This document shows positions 13,065 through 26,445 of a stretch of 41,426 nt of DNA, piece after piece. Position 1 is the first letter of the stretch. Every line of letters starts with the position of its first letter. Where the stretch lies: positions 5,695,816 to 5,737,241 of the forward strand of contig NC_068999.1 in the NCBI RefSeq assembly GCF_001194135.2, given 5' to 3'. The translations under genes and the position numbers were made by a program. The notes below the pieces were generated by a model. It was given only the letters and a program-made list of their open reading frames with translations, did not search any database and had not been told where the DNA came from. The stretch comes from Octopus bimaculoides (taxonomy: Eukaryota).

Positions 13065-13678
13065 TACACGCACACACTCACATACCTCGCCCCCCGCGCG
13101 CCCACGTTCATATACCAGCATGCATATACAACTATATGTACATACAAACAGGGATACACACAAGCACACACATGTATATATACATCATTACCTATCACTC
13201 TCTCTATATATATATTTGTAAATATTTATGTGTGTGTGTGTGTGGTTTTGTGCGCAGTTGCATGTGCATACACGTTCAAACACATAAATGTGCACGCGTG
13301 TGATATTTGACTTGCACTCGTGTGCATTTGTGTTTTGTGGTTACATGCATGTCAATAACTACTTATGCTATGGTGTATTTATGAACTTGGATACAAACCA
13401 TGCTATACTTCGATACACGATTTTTTCACTAATTATGCCGTGAATTGTAAATATGAATCCTTTCATTGCAAATAATTATGATATTAAATTAATAAATATC
13501 ACACGATATGATATCTTGACATGCTTATTTAAACAGCTCTTAAACCAGTCGACCTCCTATCTATACCGCAGTAACTGTACATATATATATATTGCTATAT
13601 ACACATAGATACATAGATACATACGTGCATATATACATAATGCATACATGCGTACCAACATATATATACAAGCATACA

Positions 13679-14097
13679 TTGTGGGATCTACAGCTATTCT
13701 ATCCAGATTACAAGTTTAGGTCTATACCTGTAATTATTGGGGTATTGGGATATGTAACCCTGCTTAAATACCAATCTTGAGGTCCAGAAAGGAGAAAGCT
13801 GATTCAAAGTCTACCGATCCAATCCATCTCTGGAACTGTAAAAATTTATAAAACTTTCCTGAAGTTTATCATTTAAATATATACGAGCATATCTAGGTAT
13901 GCAACTATATGCACGAGAATACATACATAAAGCAAAACATACAAATCTGCACCTATACACACATATATACAAAAATATCTTCTCGTTGATGTTGAAATTC
14001 CAATGAAAGGAGCCTTGTATCTGGGTTAGAAACCGGCTCTTTCTCTCGGCAAGAAATCTTGAAATTAAACTGAATAATGACGTACATACATATACAT
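13679..14097 (+). mobile_element. 5'-truncated RLE-type non-LTR retrotransposon, second family, with 3'UTR and (ACAT)n-like tail
   Basis: QLFYPDYKFRSIPVIIGVLGYVT.../PERRKLIQSLPIQSISGTVKIYKTFLKFII* (stop 13874-76); IPVIIG(A/V)LG motif typical of RLE-element C-termini; ends gtacatacatatacat. Confidence 0.65.
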
Positions 14098-14104
14098 TTA
14101 TACG

Positions 14105-14365
14105 TCATCTTTTACAGGTTTCTGTCACATGCTGAGGCAATGCTGAGGCGCCGCCTTTCATTGTCTTGTTCCAGATGAAGTAGCGTTTGGACGGAGTTGC
14201 TCTTCTGTTTGCCACCTGCCACGATGTGGGTTTATCGAGTATCTTATAAAAATTTGTTGAGACGCTCTTTAAAGACCTCCACATCTAGACCCCTCAAATC
14301 TCTGAAACTAACAGAATGTGATATAGCTGTAGACCCTTGAAACCCAAGCTCTTATAGCTCTAGGT
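14105..14365 (-). mobile_element. CR1/L2-like LINE 3' end (degenerate ORF2 C-terminus + tail)
   Basis: Minus strand, with frameshifts: SLGFKGLQLYHIL../FRDLRGLDVEVFKERLNKFL../DKPTS; then tail GGCGGCGCCTCAGCATTGCCTCAGCATGTGACAGAAACCTGTAAAAGA. Confidence 0.7.
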
Positions 14366-15494
14366 CCTTAATCTAGCCTGAAATATTTATAAATTTGTGT
14401 GAACTCAGGATGAACTAGGGCTGAAGTGTTAGACAGGTCACGGCCACGGGCACCACTGGTTATGATGCAAATGCGCATGCGCACACTGAAATGGGAGATG
14501 ATTTCACTAAATTATTGTAAGTATTTAGTTTCGATCTGAGCCGACGCTGCCTGGCTTCGATTAAGAGAAAGAAAGAGAGAGAGAGAGAGAAAGAAAGTGA
14601 GTGAGAGCGTAGAAGTGAAAGTGTGTGTTTGTGTGGTGTGTGTTTGTGTTTATCAATGATAGCTTGTGTGTATATGTGAAACAGTGAGCGATACAACGAG
14701 ATATACATACACATGTGTATGTATATATGTGTATACACACACGCGTGTGTGAGAGTGTATATATATATATATATNNNNNNNNNNNNNNNNNNNNNNNNNN
14801 NNNNNNNNNNNNNNNNNNNNNGTATATATATGCGTGTGTTAAAACTCGTCGCCTATCTCTTATAACTTCTATACATTTCCCAGTTTATCTAAACAAAAAA
14901 TATCTTTTATTTCTGTATCTGAATGCAACGTATGTAAATGTAATTTGTTACGAATAGGAAATTTTCTCCTAAAAGAATTGTCAACATCTTCGTCATTTCG
15001 CATAGTGAAGCACAATATTGAATTAAGTTCCATTTATTACTGAGTTTAAATTTATTTTATCTGTTGAAAAGAGGTGGGGGAAAAAGATTGCAAACGAAAA
15101 CGGCAAAAACATGGACGACAACAAAGCAGAGGAGAGGGAAAAGAAGGGAGAGAACTGATATAAGGAAATAAATACACATAGGAAAGATTTGTTGAAGAGG
15201 AAAATGGAAGATATATATTTTTTATTGTCGTGTATGTTTAACCGATCATAAAAAGAGAAATTAAATTAATTGATATTACCAATCAATAGATTCATATCAT
15301 CGTTTCTTTTATTTATTTTGAATATTTTTTTTTTACTATTTATTTCATTGTTTGCTATCCTCATTGAAAATACAAATTATGTTACGTGAGAGGTTAAGAA
15401 ATAACGAAATATGGCACACATCAACAGGAAAACAAATACACAAACCAACAAACCAACAAACAATCAGGAAACTGTAGTAACACTATTTAATGCT

Positions 15495-15900
15495 TTTTAT
15501 GTTTTACTGGTTTCAGTGATTGGACTGCGGCCATGCTAGGGTACCTGCTTGAAGAATTTTTAGTCGAATGTATCAACCCCAGTACTTGTTGTTTTTTTTT
15601 CTATAAGACTGATACTTATTCTATAGGTTCACGCTTAACGAACTGCTAAGTTACGAGAACGTAAACACCCAAATATTGCTGCCAAGCGGCATTGAAAGAG
15701 AAATACGCACGGACACACACGTACACACACACACACAACGGGCTTCTTTCAGTTTCCGTCTACAAAATCTATTCACAAGGTTTTGGTCTGGGAAAGGCTA
15801 TAGTAGAAGACACTTTGCCCAAGGTGTCACGCAGTGGGACTGAACCCGAACACCATGTGGTTCGGATGCAATCTTCTTACCATACAGCCACGCCTGCGCC
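15495..15900 (-). mobile_element. SINE family 1, near full length
   Basis: Head, internal (CA)n, central module and LINE-like tail, colinear with 30113-30535. Confidence 0.85.
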
Positions 15901-15924
15901 TATATATATATATAGGCGCCTCCT

Positions 15925-16001
15925 CCTCCTCCTCCTCCACTTCCTCCCTCTCCTCCTCCCCTCCCCTTCTTGTCTCTTTAAATAATAATAATAATAATGA
16001 C

Positions 16002-16038
<37 letters not shown>

Positions 16039-16260
16039 TTGATGATAATAATAACGATAATAATTTGACAGTGCTTCATTTTATGCTCAGCCCTCTCCCT
16101 TTTCTCTCTCCTTCATATTCCCCTTTCTTCTCCACGGTTCATTATTTCCGTTTTTTTCCCTTTCCCTCCTCTCGGCCATCACGAGGAAAACCGTGGTCTC
16201 ACCATAACCAGAACGATGATAATGATGTTGATGATGATGATGATGCTGATGACGATGACG
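15925..16260. repeat. Compound (CCT)/(AAT)/(GAT) trinucleotide tracts
   Basis: Direct reading. Confidence 0.9.
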
Positions 16261-17078
16261 GACATTTTCCTTCTCATTCTGGCCCCAACCTACGACGGAC
16301 TCCTTCTTCATGAATCCGTGCAGGCTCTCTCACTCCTACCCCGGACCCTTCTTCTTCCAAACCGATCGTCTCATTTGCTCTCATTATTATTTATGAAATC
16401 TGGTGGAATTAACAGAAACAAGGACACCAGGCCCTTCCGCTGCTCAACAAACAACTTTCGAGATAAAAACGAAAATAAATATTATATTTTACGTGATGGA
16501 AATAATCTAATTTGTTATGCATGTCAAGGGCGGGAAACACACACACACACACACACACACACATGCATACACATACAAAAACACACATATATGTACATAT
16601 ATGTATGTATATATATATATATANNNNNNNNNNNNNNNNNNNNNNNNNNNNNNNNNNNNNNNNNNNNNNNNNNNNNNNNNNNNNNNNNNNNNNNNNNNNN
16701 NNNNNNNNNNNNNNNNNNNNNNNNNNNNNNNNNNNNNNNNNNNNNNNNNNNNNNNNNNNNNNNNNNNNNNNNNNNNNNNNNNNNNNNNNNNNNNNNNNNN
16801 NNNNNNNNNNNNNNNNNNNNNNNNNNNNNNNNNNNNNNNNNNNNNNNNNNNNNNNNNNNNNNNNNNNNNNNNNNNNNNNNNNNNNNNNNNNNNNNNNNNN
16901 NNNNNNNNNNNNNNNNNNNNNNNNNNNNNNNNNNNNNNNNNNNNNNNNNNNNNNNNNNNNNNNNNNNNNNNNNNNNNNNNNNNNNNNNNNNNNNNNNNNN
17001 NNNNNNNNNNNNNNNNNNNNNNNNNNNNNNNNNNNNNNNNNNNNNNNNNNNNNNNNNNNNNNNNNNNNNNNNNNNNNN

Positions 17079-17121
<43 letters not shown>

Positions 17122-17769
17122 TTTGCATATCGTCTGTCCATCTCTCATGAATATGTGATTATGTTCACAAGATAATCGTTGGAACCTTCTAGAATCCAAA
17201 GTCAGCATTTCTAATTTCCTATGCCAAACATTCTACATTGCTGTACGTTTGTTTAGTGATGCTTTCTTCACGTCTTCTGTATGTATGTTAAAGTATATAC
17301 TTTGCTGATGAGGTCAGCATAGTAACGAAACAAATCATCACCGGAATAATTATAAGTAGTTTGGTCATTAGAAACTTATGTAAGTTCCCTGTTTCATAAA
17401 GGCGATTTTTAAAATTTTAATGTAAAAATATTATTTTAAAAATAAATATTATGTTTTTAATACATAAATATTATTGTCTTTGATTTCGTTCTATAGTTAA
17501 GGTCACTTAAAACTTAACATACAAACACGTTCGATTGCTTTTAAAAGATAGTAATATCGCTTACATTTCCGTTCTTCGTGCATTCTCTAAAAATTATTTA
17601 CACACTCACATGCACACAGACACAAACAAAGACACAGACACAGACACACACACACATACACACACACACGCACAAACCAACAGGAGCTATTATATTGAAA
17701 CTTAAAAACTATACAACTTTCCAAAATGGCTCACAACTTGCATAAGACATTAAGAGGATAGCAATGGAA

Positions 17770-17780
17770 ATGATGATGAA

Positions 17781-17815
<35 letters not shown>

Positions 17816-17962
17816 CGGTAATAGCGATGATGACGATGATAACGATGATGACGATGATAATGATGATGATGATGACGATCTAACAGCTTTCCAAGGTGTT
17901 GGTTGTCAAACCTCTTTTGTTTCCTTACAGTTTGCATTGTTCTAATTTGTTTACAATCGCTT

Positions 17963-18025
<63 letters not shown>

Positions 18026-18075
18026 TTACTAACCCCCCCCACCACCACCAGCTGTTGTAGCAGTAGTAGTAGTAG
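17770..18075. repeat. (GAT)n and (CTA)n tracts
   Basis: Direct reading. Confidence 0.9.
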
Positions 18076-18243
18076 TGTTTCCTTATAGTTTTTGTTGACA
18101 ATGCTGTTAGAGTTTAAATCGATTTTTTACAGTGGCTACTTATCTGTTTTTTTACGGTTTGTTTTATATTATGTTTATTTATTCTACATTGTAAGAAGAG
18201 CTTAATTACACGAATGATACACCATATATATACATATATATAC

Positions 18244-18321
<78 letters not shown>

Positions 18322-18350
18322 ATATATATATGTATGTATATATATATGTA

Positions 18351-18437
<87 letters not shown>

Positions 18438-18699
18438 GTATATGTATATATATATATATCACACATATATAAACACATTCTCGAACGCATGTATTCTTTA
18501 GGTAAGCATCCGATACTTTCTTTAGCTTACTAGTTTCCATGGCAATGCACAACTTGTAGGAGCGAGCGGGGAGCAAAGTACCAACCATAAAAGGATGAAC
18601 CCACCCCCACACGCACATGTGTATATAATTGCATATCTGCGTGCATGTATGCATATGCGTGTGTGTAATTATCTTATATATATATATATATATTAAGAT

Positions 18700-18998
18700 G
18701 CAGGCGTGGCTGTGTGGTAACGGGCTTGCTTACCAATCACATGGTTCCGGGTTCAGTCCCACTGCGTGGCGCCTTCAGCAAGTGTCTTCTACTATAGCCT
18801 CGGGCCGACCAAAGCCTTGTGAGTGGATTTAGTAGATATGGAAACTGAAAGAAGCCCGTTGTTTGTACGTATATATGTGTGTTTGTGTGTGTCTTTATGT
18901 CTGTGTTTGTCCTGCCATCACCACTTGGCAACCAGTGTTGTTGTGTTTGAACCCCGTAACTTAGCGGTTCGGCAAAAGAAGCCGATGGAATAAGTACT
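18700..18998 (+). mobile_element. SINE family 1 (3' end lost in gap)
   Basis: GCAGGCGTGGCTGTGTGG (A-box-like), GGTTCAGTCCC (B-box-like), internal GT tract, central module to GGAATAAGTACT. Confidence 0.9.
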
Positions 18999-19165
18999 NN
19001 NNNNNNNNNNNNNNNNNNNNNNNNNNNNNNNNNNNNNNNNNNNNNNNNNNNNNNNNNNNNNNNNNNNNNNNNNNNNNNNNNNNNNNNNNNNNNNNNNNNN
19101 NNNNNNNNNNNNNNNNNNNNNNNNNNNNNNNNNNNNNNNNNNNNNNNNNNNNNNNNNNNNNNNNN

Positions 19166-19197
<32 letters not shown>

Positions 19198-19856
19198 ATA
19201 TACGTTGGGTGTATGTGGATGTTAGTGTAGGTATGTAGATGTGTGTGAGTGAGTGTGTGCGTGCGCGTGCGCGCGTGTGTATGTGTGTATGTCTGTCTGT
19301 CTGTCTGCCTGTCTCAGAATCAGTATCGATGGACCTGATTTTGACCAATTTTATTAACCTAATTTCGAAGTAAAACTTTATTTACATTTAAATTGCTTTT
19401 TACGGGGTCCGGAGTGTTGGTGAGGGTTGGTGAAGAGGGAAGGAATCGATTTGTTTTTAGAAACCCTTTCGAAATTATTATTTTATAACAACAACAACAA
19501 CAACAACAACATCAATAGAAATGCTGAATTATATTCCATATCAGTAAAACTACCGTTGTAACATTACTGCCTTCAACCACCACCACCACCATCTAATACA
19601 CGCTGTATCAAAACAGATTCGTTTCCAGTGGAAATGATATCCATAATATGGTTGTGTTGGCGGGGAATTTCATTGACTTGCTCATCAAATGACCTAAAGC
19701 TGTGATAATACATTGGTTGCTGTTATTGTTGTGTGGTGCCGTTAATCTCTTGTCGAATATTTCTGTCGTTTGAGGCACATGAATCAATCCTATTCCTCTC
19801 GTACTTGGCCATTCTTTATGCCATCCGGTTCCTACAAGCAGGATATAAAATTCACC

Positions 19857-19986
19857 TTACCTCTAGGAAGAACGCCAGAAAAGTGGACAACCTTGTACTC
19901 GAATTTCGAACTTTTCATCGATAACAAACATATTCTGAAAAGTTCGAAACTCGAGTACTAGGTTGTCCATTTCTTCTTAGAGGTAA
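19857..19986. repeat. Near-perfect foldback (34-bp inner + 16-bp outer stem)
   Basis: 19884-19917 vs 19936-19969 complementary at 32/34; 19857-19872 vs 19971-19986 at 15/16; 18-nt loop. Confidence 0.9.
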
Positions 19987-22149
19987 AACGAAAATTTTTT
20001 TTATACTCGCCGCCCGTACACATCTTTGCCTCTATACGTTCAGCGAAGCTTTACCTAGCGTCGGACGGTTATCGACTGCTATTTCCAGCAAAATTTGGTA
20101 CCTTGCTGTGCTACCATTTCCCATTTATGAGTCTACCTTTACGGTGCTTTATTTCGCTGGAAAATAATATCATTGCATTGTAATATATATANNNNNNNNN
20201 NNNNNNNNNNNNNNNNNNNNNNNNNNNNNNNNNNNNNNNNNNNNNNNNNNNNNNNNNNNNNNNNNNNNNNNNNNNNNNNNNNNNNNNNNNNNNNNNNNNN
20301 NNNNNNNNNNNNNNNNNNNNNNNNNNNNNNNNNNNNNNNNNNNNNNNNNNNNNNNNNNNNNNNNNNNNNNNNNNNNNNNNNNNNNNNNNNNNNNNNNNNN
20401 NNNNNNNNNNNNNNNNNNNNNNNNNNNNNNNNNNNNNNNNNNNNNNNNNNNNNNNNNNNNNNNNNNNNNNNNATATATATATACATATATATATGTATAT
20501 TTGTATATGTGTATATGTGTATGTGTGTGTGTGTGTGTGTTTGATGGTGGTGGTGGTGGCAGGGAGGTGCTTGGATATTATGGTCGAGGTCCGATTCATA
20601 TATAATTCAGGTGGTGTCCGTCTGAAGACACTATATCGTTAAATTAGCGACATTTTGTATAAAATGAATTCCTCTTTGACAATTTAATCGTTTGTCACTT
20701 GTCTTTTGTGAAAATTTAAACTTCCGTCTCATGTCTTTGCATTCCATTACGTTCTTTAGTATGAACCGCTTGAGGTGTGTTTCACATAAATCCGGATTTT
20801 TGTTCTCTAATTACGAACAACAACAACAATAACAACAGCAACAACAACAACAACAGGCATAACAGCGACAAATATAATAAAAATAATGAAGAAAAAATGT
20901 ACTACAAGAAGAACAATATTGTTAGAATTCCTAACATCATCACCTTTAGTTATGTCCGTTGGTAAAACAGACATTACGATGTGATAAGCTTCTATTTGTC
21001 GCATTTGTTATTTGCCGCCGTCACATTAAACATTATCGCCGACCCCCACCAGCAGACGGCCCACCACCACCACCACCACCAACACCATGATGACCACAGG
21101 CACGACAACCATAACGACTACGACCAGCACCACCAGCACCTCTACCAACAAGCACCTCTACCATAATCTCAACCATCATCGCTGCTACCACTTCTCGCGC
21201 TGCTCCTTTTCCTCCACCGCTTCTCCCATCACCTCCTCCCTCGTACCATCATCATCATCGTCATAGCTGNNNNNNNNNNNNNNNNNNNNNNNNNNNNNNN
21301 NNNNNNNNNNNNNNNNNNNNNNNNNNNNNNNNNNNNNNNNNNNNNNNNNNNNNNNNNNNNNNNNNNNNNNNNNNNNNNNNNNNNNNNNNNNNNNNNNNNN
21401 NNNNNNNNNNNNNNNNNNNNNNNNNNNNNNNNNNNNNNNNNNNNNNNNNNNNNNNNNNNNNNNNNNNNNNNNNNNNNNNNNNNNNNNNNNNNNNNNNNNN
21501 NNNNNNNNNNNNNNNNNNNNNNNNNNNNNNNNNNNNNNNNNNNNNNNNNNNNNNNNNNNNNNNNNNNNNNNNNNNNNNNNNNNNNNNNNNNNNNNNNNNN
21601 NNNNNNNNNNNNNNNNNNNNNNNNNNNNNNNNNNNNNNNNNNNNNNNNNNNNNNNNNNNNNNNNNNNNNNNNNNNNNNNNNNNNNNNNNNNNNNNNNNNN
21701 NNNNNNNNNNNNNNNNNNNNNNNNNNNNNNNNNNNNNNNNNNNNNNNNNNNNNNNNNNNNNNNNNNNNNNNNNNNNNNNNNNNNNACTCTATACAGAAAT
21801 TATCTCATGAAATAAACTTCCGCCAGCAAGCTGCATAACCAACGCATAAGACACTCAACACACAATCGGAACAGTAATACAGCAAAAGACTTGCACCAGA
21901 CCTTAAGAGAAAGAAAAAATACTGACGCAATACAATATCGGGAAGAGTTAGCACACTGCCAACAACAGAGAAGAAGAACATACAGTGCCGGAAACTACCA
22001 AATGTTGAACAATTATAATGATGATGATGATAATTTCTTTTACAATTCATTTGTTGCAAAGGCTAGTTTTTTAAAAGGCGGTACCATAGCTAATGTCGGT
22101 TATCAGAGGCGTGGTTATTGTGCGTTGGTAGTGGCAAAGTTATCATTAT

Positions 22150-22214
<65 letters not shown>

Positions 22215-22495
22215 ATAATAATAATAATAATAATAATCTTGGTGTAATCACCATTAGCATCTAAAATTCTAGATTGCTATACCAGATTACATTTAAAAGG
22301 CAGCCGCACACACACACACACACACACACATACACAAACACACACACATACACAAACATACATATGCCTATGCAAACATTCTCACATATATATACACACA
22401 CACACACATGCATATAGACACGCATACACACACACACCCGCAAATGCACATTACGCACAAACTCACATTCTAGCTTGCACACACGCACACACACA

Positions 22496-22535
<40 letters not shown>

Positions 22536-22771
22536 NNNNNNNNNNNNNNNNNNNNNAATTGCAGCGTTTGCGGTGGTTTTGGAAGAGCTACATCGACGAC
22601 GAAGTCAAAAACGGCTGTTTTAATGCTTCTCTCCAGCATTTATGAATATGCAATAAATGCGAAGATTAAAACTATTATACAAAATAACGCGCCCGCCCAT
22701 GTATATATATATATATATGCATGTATATGTATATATGCATGTATATGTATATATATGTATATAAAGAATGG

Positions 22772-23006
22772 GTGTGTGCGTATGTGTGCGTGTCTTTGTG
22801 TCTGTGTTTGTTCCTTACCACCTTTTGATAAATGGTGTGTTGATGTGTTGATGCTCACGTAACTTAGCAGTCCGGCGAAAGTAACTGATAGAATAAATAC
22901 CAGGCTTGAAAATGAAAATACGTACTGCGGTCGATCCATGGCACTAAAAGTTCTTCAGGGCAGTGCCCAAGCATGGCCGCATTCTAATGACCGAAACAAG
23001 TGAAAC
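22772..23006 (+). mobile_element. SINE family 1, central + tail module
   Basis: cgtaacttagcagtccggcgaaag...ggcagtgcccaagcatggccgca...gaccgaaacaagtgaaa. Confidence 0.8.
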
Positions 23007-23043
<37 letters not shown>

Positions 23044-23091
23044 GAGATACAAACACATACACACACACACGCACATATATATATATATATA

Positions 23092-23132
23092 GCACAGGCG
23101 TGGCTGTGTTGTAAGAAACTTCCCAACCACAT
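23092..23132 (+). mobile_element. SINE family 1, 5' stub
   Basis: gcacaggcgtggctgtgttgtaagaaacttcccaaccacat matches the family head. Confidence 0.65.
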
Positions 23133-23453
23133 ACTATGTTAAAGATTCGCTCTGCTGATAACGACTGATTGACACCGCCGAGCTGAATGCTTCTGCTCAG
23201 ATGTCGAAACCATAGCGCTATCCGTTTGGCAGTTGATGATGGGAATATATATTTGTCATGCTTGTTTATGAATTTTTATATCCTAATCTCGTTATTCTGC
23301 GTTGTCCTTCATTCTAGTGAAGTGGAAAGTCTTTGCGTTTCATGGTTTATGGAAATTACTTACATTGATATTGGTTGTTTTTTTCTTCATAGATAACCTT
23401 ATTAAGCTTAGATAATGTTTAGATATTAGTGTCTAGTATGATGGAGGTTCTGT

Positions 23454-23527
<74 letters not shown>

Positions 23528-24309
23528 CACACATAGATATATATCACGGTATTACGGTACCGGCCAGACTATAGGATGCTGGTGTACTTCGCTAGTCACA
23601 ACGTACATCGCATTGTTTTTAGCAAGGTGAGCAAGCCAACACTCTCGTTTTTAACTCTTCATCTGTCCAGTGTGGGAGGCCCTTCTAGGAATTTGAATTT
23701 GTGCTAAAATGACGTAGCCCTCACGGTCACTTTCTCAGGCACTTTATCAGGCACAATTCCATTTTCGAGATCGCAAATTACAATCGAAAACACATCAATA
23801 CACAATTCTAAATGAACAGGCAAGAGTAACACTCAAAATCTCTCTACTTCCCCATCCAGAGAATCCTGTCTTTTTACAGTAGTGATATACTCAATGTGTG
23901 ACAAACTTGTATTTGATCTCGAAACAAATTAAACAAGGTTGACAACTAACACTTTCAAACGACGTTACTACTACCATCTTCTCTCATTTAGCATAAGGAA
24001 TAGCTAAAATAATTTCTATGTTCCAATTAAATTGGAAACTTAGAGACGAAAAATCTACAAGCCTTTCAAAATTATGGGTCGGGTATAGTTATCCTTAAGT
24101 GTGAAAATTTGAACAACCAAAGAATAAATTACCATCTGATTTACAACAAATGTAGACGCTAAACCTCACGCAACCCCCACACATATACGTTTTGCTTATT
24201 TTGTGATACAATATTAATGATACAAAGATGATCAACAAAATATTGCGTTAGAAGTGTTTATCCATGCGTAGATTAAATTTGGTTTAATCCGTCTTCCATC
24301 AGGTGAAAT

Positions 24310-24631
24310 GCACACGAGTCATCATCATCTCCTCTTCCGTCTCCTCTTTCTCCTGCTCCTCCTCTATTTCTTTCTCTTTCTTTTCCTTCCGCTTCTCTTC
24401 TTTCTCTTCGTCCTCCTCATTGTCTACATCACCAGTCTCTTGATCGCCAACGGCATTGTCGAAGTGGTGGTCGTGGTGGTGGTCGTCGTCACAATCATCA
24501 TGATCATCACAATCGTCATCGTCGTCGTCATCATCATCATAACAACAATCACCGTCTTCGTTGTCATCGTCCTCACCAACACCATCCTCCTTCTCCACTT
24601 TCTCCTCCTCCTAATCATCATCATCATCATG

Positions 24632-24685
<54 letters not shown>

Positions 24686-24960
24686 TATCTCTGCTGTTGC
24701 TGCCGCTGGGAATGATAATAACAGAGATGATAAAAGTTGTGTAGATGACAACAGCCACAAAACTGACAATTCCGATAAGGACGATGATGATAAAGCAGCG
24801 GATATTGTAATCGCCAAAACGTTGCTGCCGCACACCATTCGTGATTTGGCCGATTGTGTTTGATGAGATGATAACAACACTTACGATGACGATGACGGTA
24901 ACACGAGCTCTTCATTATAATGATAAAGGCGATGATGATTTCGACCTCTGAGCTGATGAT
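24310..24960. repeat. (CTT/CCT), (CAT/CGT) and decayed (GAT) cryptic simple repeats
   Basis: Direct reading. Confidence 0.9.
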
Positions 24961-25109
24961 GATAATTGCGTAAACGCTTGTATGAATACGTGATCATAAA
25001 CGTGCGAACGAGTAGGGGCAGACACGGCCGGGAGGTTCGGTAGTTCGATTTCTAACTATTTGGCTTTTGTTTCAGTTCCACTGTGCCGCGGCACGCTGGA
25101 GATGTCGAT

Positions 25110-25350
25110 ATCAAAAGAAATTGAAGAGTGAAGATTGAGAAATATCAGGATCTGGTGAGAGAGCTGAGGAAATTGTCGAAGACCAAGGCAACAATTATTC
25201 TTGCAGCAATTGTTTCACTTCGTACATCACCCAAGAATGCTACATAAAAAGACTGAAAGGAATTGGAATTGAAACTCGCTTTGTTGACCCGCAGACAAGT
25301 ACCATTCTATAGCCTGCAAGAATCCCAAAGAACATTCTTCATATTTGAGG
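25110..25350 (+). mobile_element. Degenerate R4/Dong-like RLE C-terminal fragment, third variant
   Basis: KIEKYQDLVRELRKLSKTKATIILAAIVSLRTSPKN/../RLKGIGIETRFVDPQTSTIL*PARIPKNILHI* with frameshifts; parallels the 12093 copy. Confidence 0.65.
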
Positions 25351-25411
25351 AAACTTGTAGATTTGTTTGATTAAAATTCTTCATGGCGGTGACCCAGCAT
25401 GGTCCTAGCTG

Positions 25412-25464
<53 letters not shown>

Positions 25465-25700
25465 NNNNNNNNNNNNNNNNNNNNNNNNNNNNNNNNNNNN
25501 NNNNNNNNNNNNNNNNNNNNNNNNNNNNNNNNNNNNNNNNNNNNNNNNNNNNNNNNNNNNNNNNNNNNNNNNNNNNNNNNNNNNNNNNNNNNNNNNTATA
25601 TATATATATATATATATACATATGTATATAGCGTATATATATATATTTATATATATAACGTATATATATATATGTATATATGTATGTATGTATGTATGTA

Positions 25701-25767
<67 letters not shown>

Positions 25768-25775
25768 ATAAATAT

Positions 25776-25930
25776 ATGACAGGTTTCCGCAAAGTTTTTC
25801 TCTACCAAAATCACTCACAAGGTATTGAACTGCATGGAGTTGCGACACTTGCCTCAGATACCGTGCAATGGACTGAACCCGGAATCCCGTGGTTACAAAG
25901 CGAGCTTCTCAACCACTTGGCCATGCCATT
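25776..25930 (-). mobile_element. SINE family 1 head, diverged
   Basis: ctaccaaaatcactcacaagg...ggactgaacccggaatccc aligns to the family. Confidence 0.7.
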
Positions 25931-26319
25931 ACCTCTGTACAGTCATACGTAGGAATATGTGCGTGCGCATATTTATGCGAAAATATGTATATTCACTTCA
26001 TGTGTACAGGTTTGTGAAAATCATACATGCGTTTGCATACCTACACACACACATACACACACACACACACACGCAAATGCACACATACATACAAATGTCC
26101 ATGCGTGTGAATGCGCGCGTGCGTGATTGCACTTGCTATCGTCTGCTCTATCATTGTTCCCATCAATACGTAATCGGAATACCATCTTCAAGGCCATTTT
26201 CTTCTCTTGTCGAAGATCAGAGAAATTGCCTTTGGCGTCTTGTATCAAAACAAAATACCATTCTGCTACTTTAGCACCGGAACCAATCTACGTTTACTCT
26301 ACAAAAGGGACATTCTTTC

Positions 26320-26445
26320 TTTCTTTCTTCTTCTTCTTCTTCTTCTTCTTCTTCTTCTTCTTCTTCTTCTTCTTCTTCTTCTTCTTCTTCTTCTTCTTCT
26401 TCTTCTTCTTCTTCTTCTTCTCCTCCTCCCCCTCCTCCTCCTCTT
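26320..26445. repeat. (CTT)n then (CCT)n polypyrimidine tract
   Basis: Direct reading. Confidence 0.95.

Noticed and set aside
14175-14260. Apparent terminal exon (D)EVAFGRSCSSVCHLPRCGFIEYLIKIC* with a good acceptor, tempting as an insulin A-chain
   Set aside because: Cys spacing is not CC-x3-C-x8-C, it lies upstream of the B-chain candidate, and the opposite strand is clearly a CR1/L2-like LINE C-terminus
17303-17345. CTGATGAG...CGAAAC as a second hammerhead
   Set aside because: No stem II, stem III or stem I pairing; only a local TGCTGA/TCAGCA hairpin
23576-23626. ATG...AAG|GTGAGC possible exon (MLVYFASHNVHRIVFSK)
   Set aside because: No upstream acceptor or promoter support and no recognisable peptide
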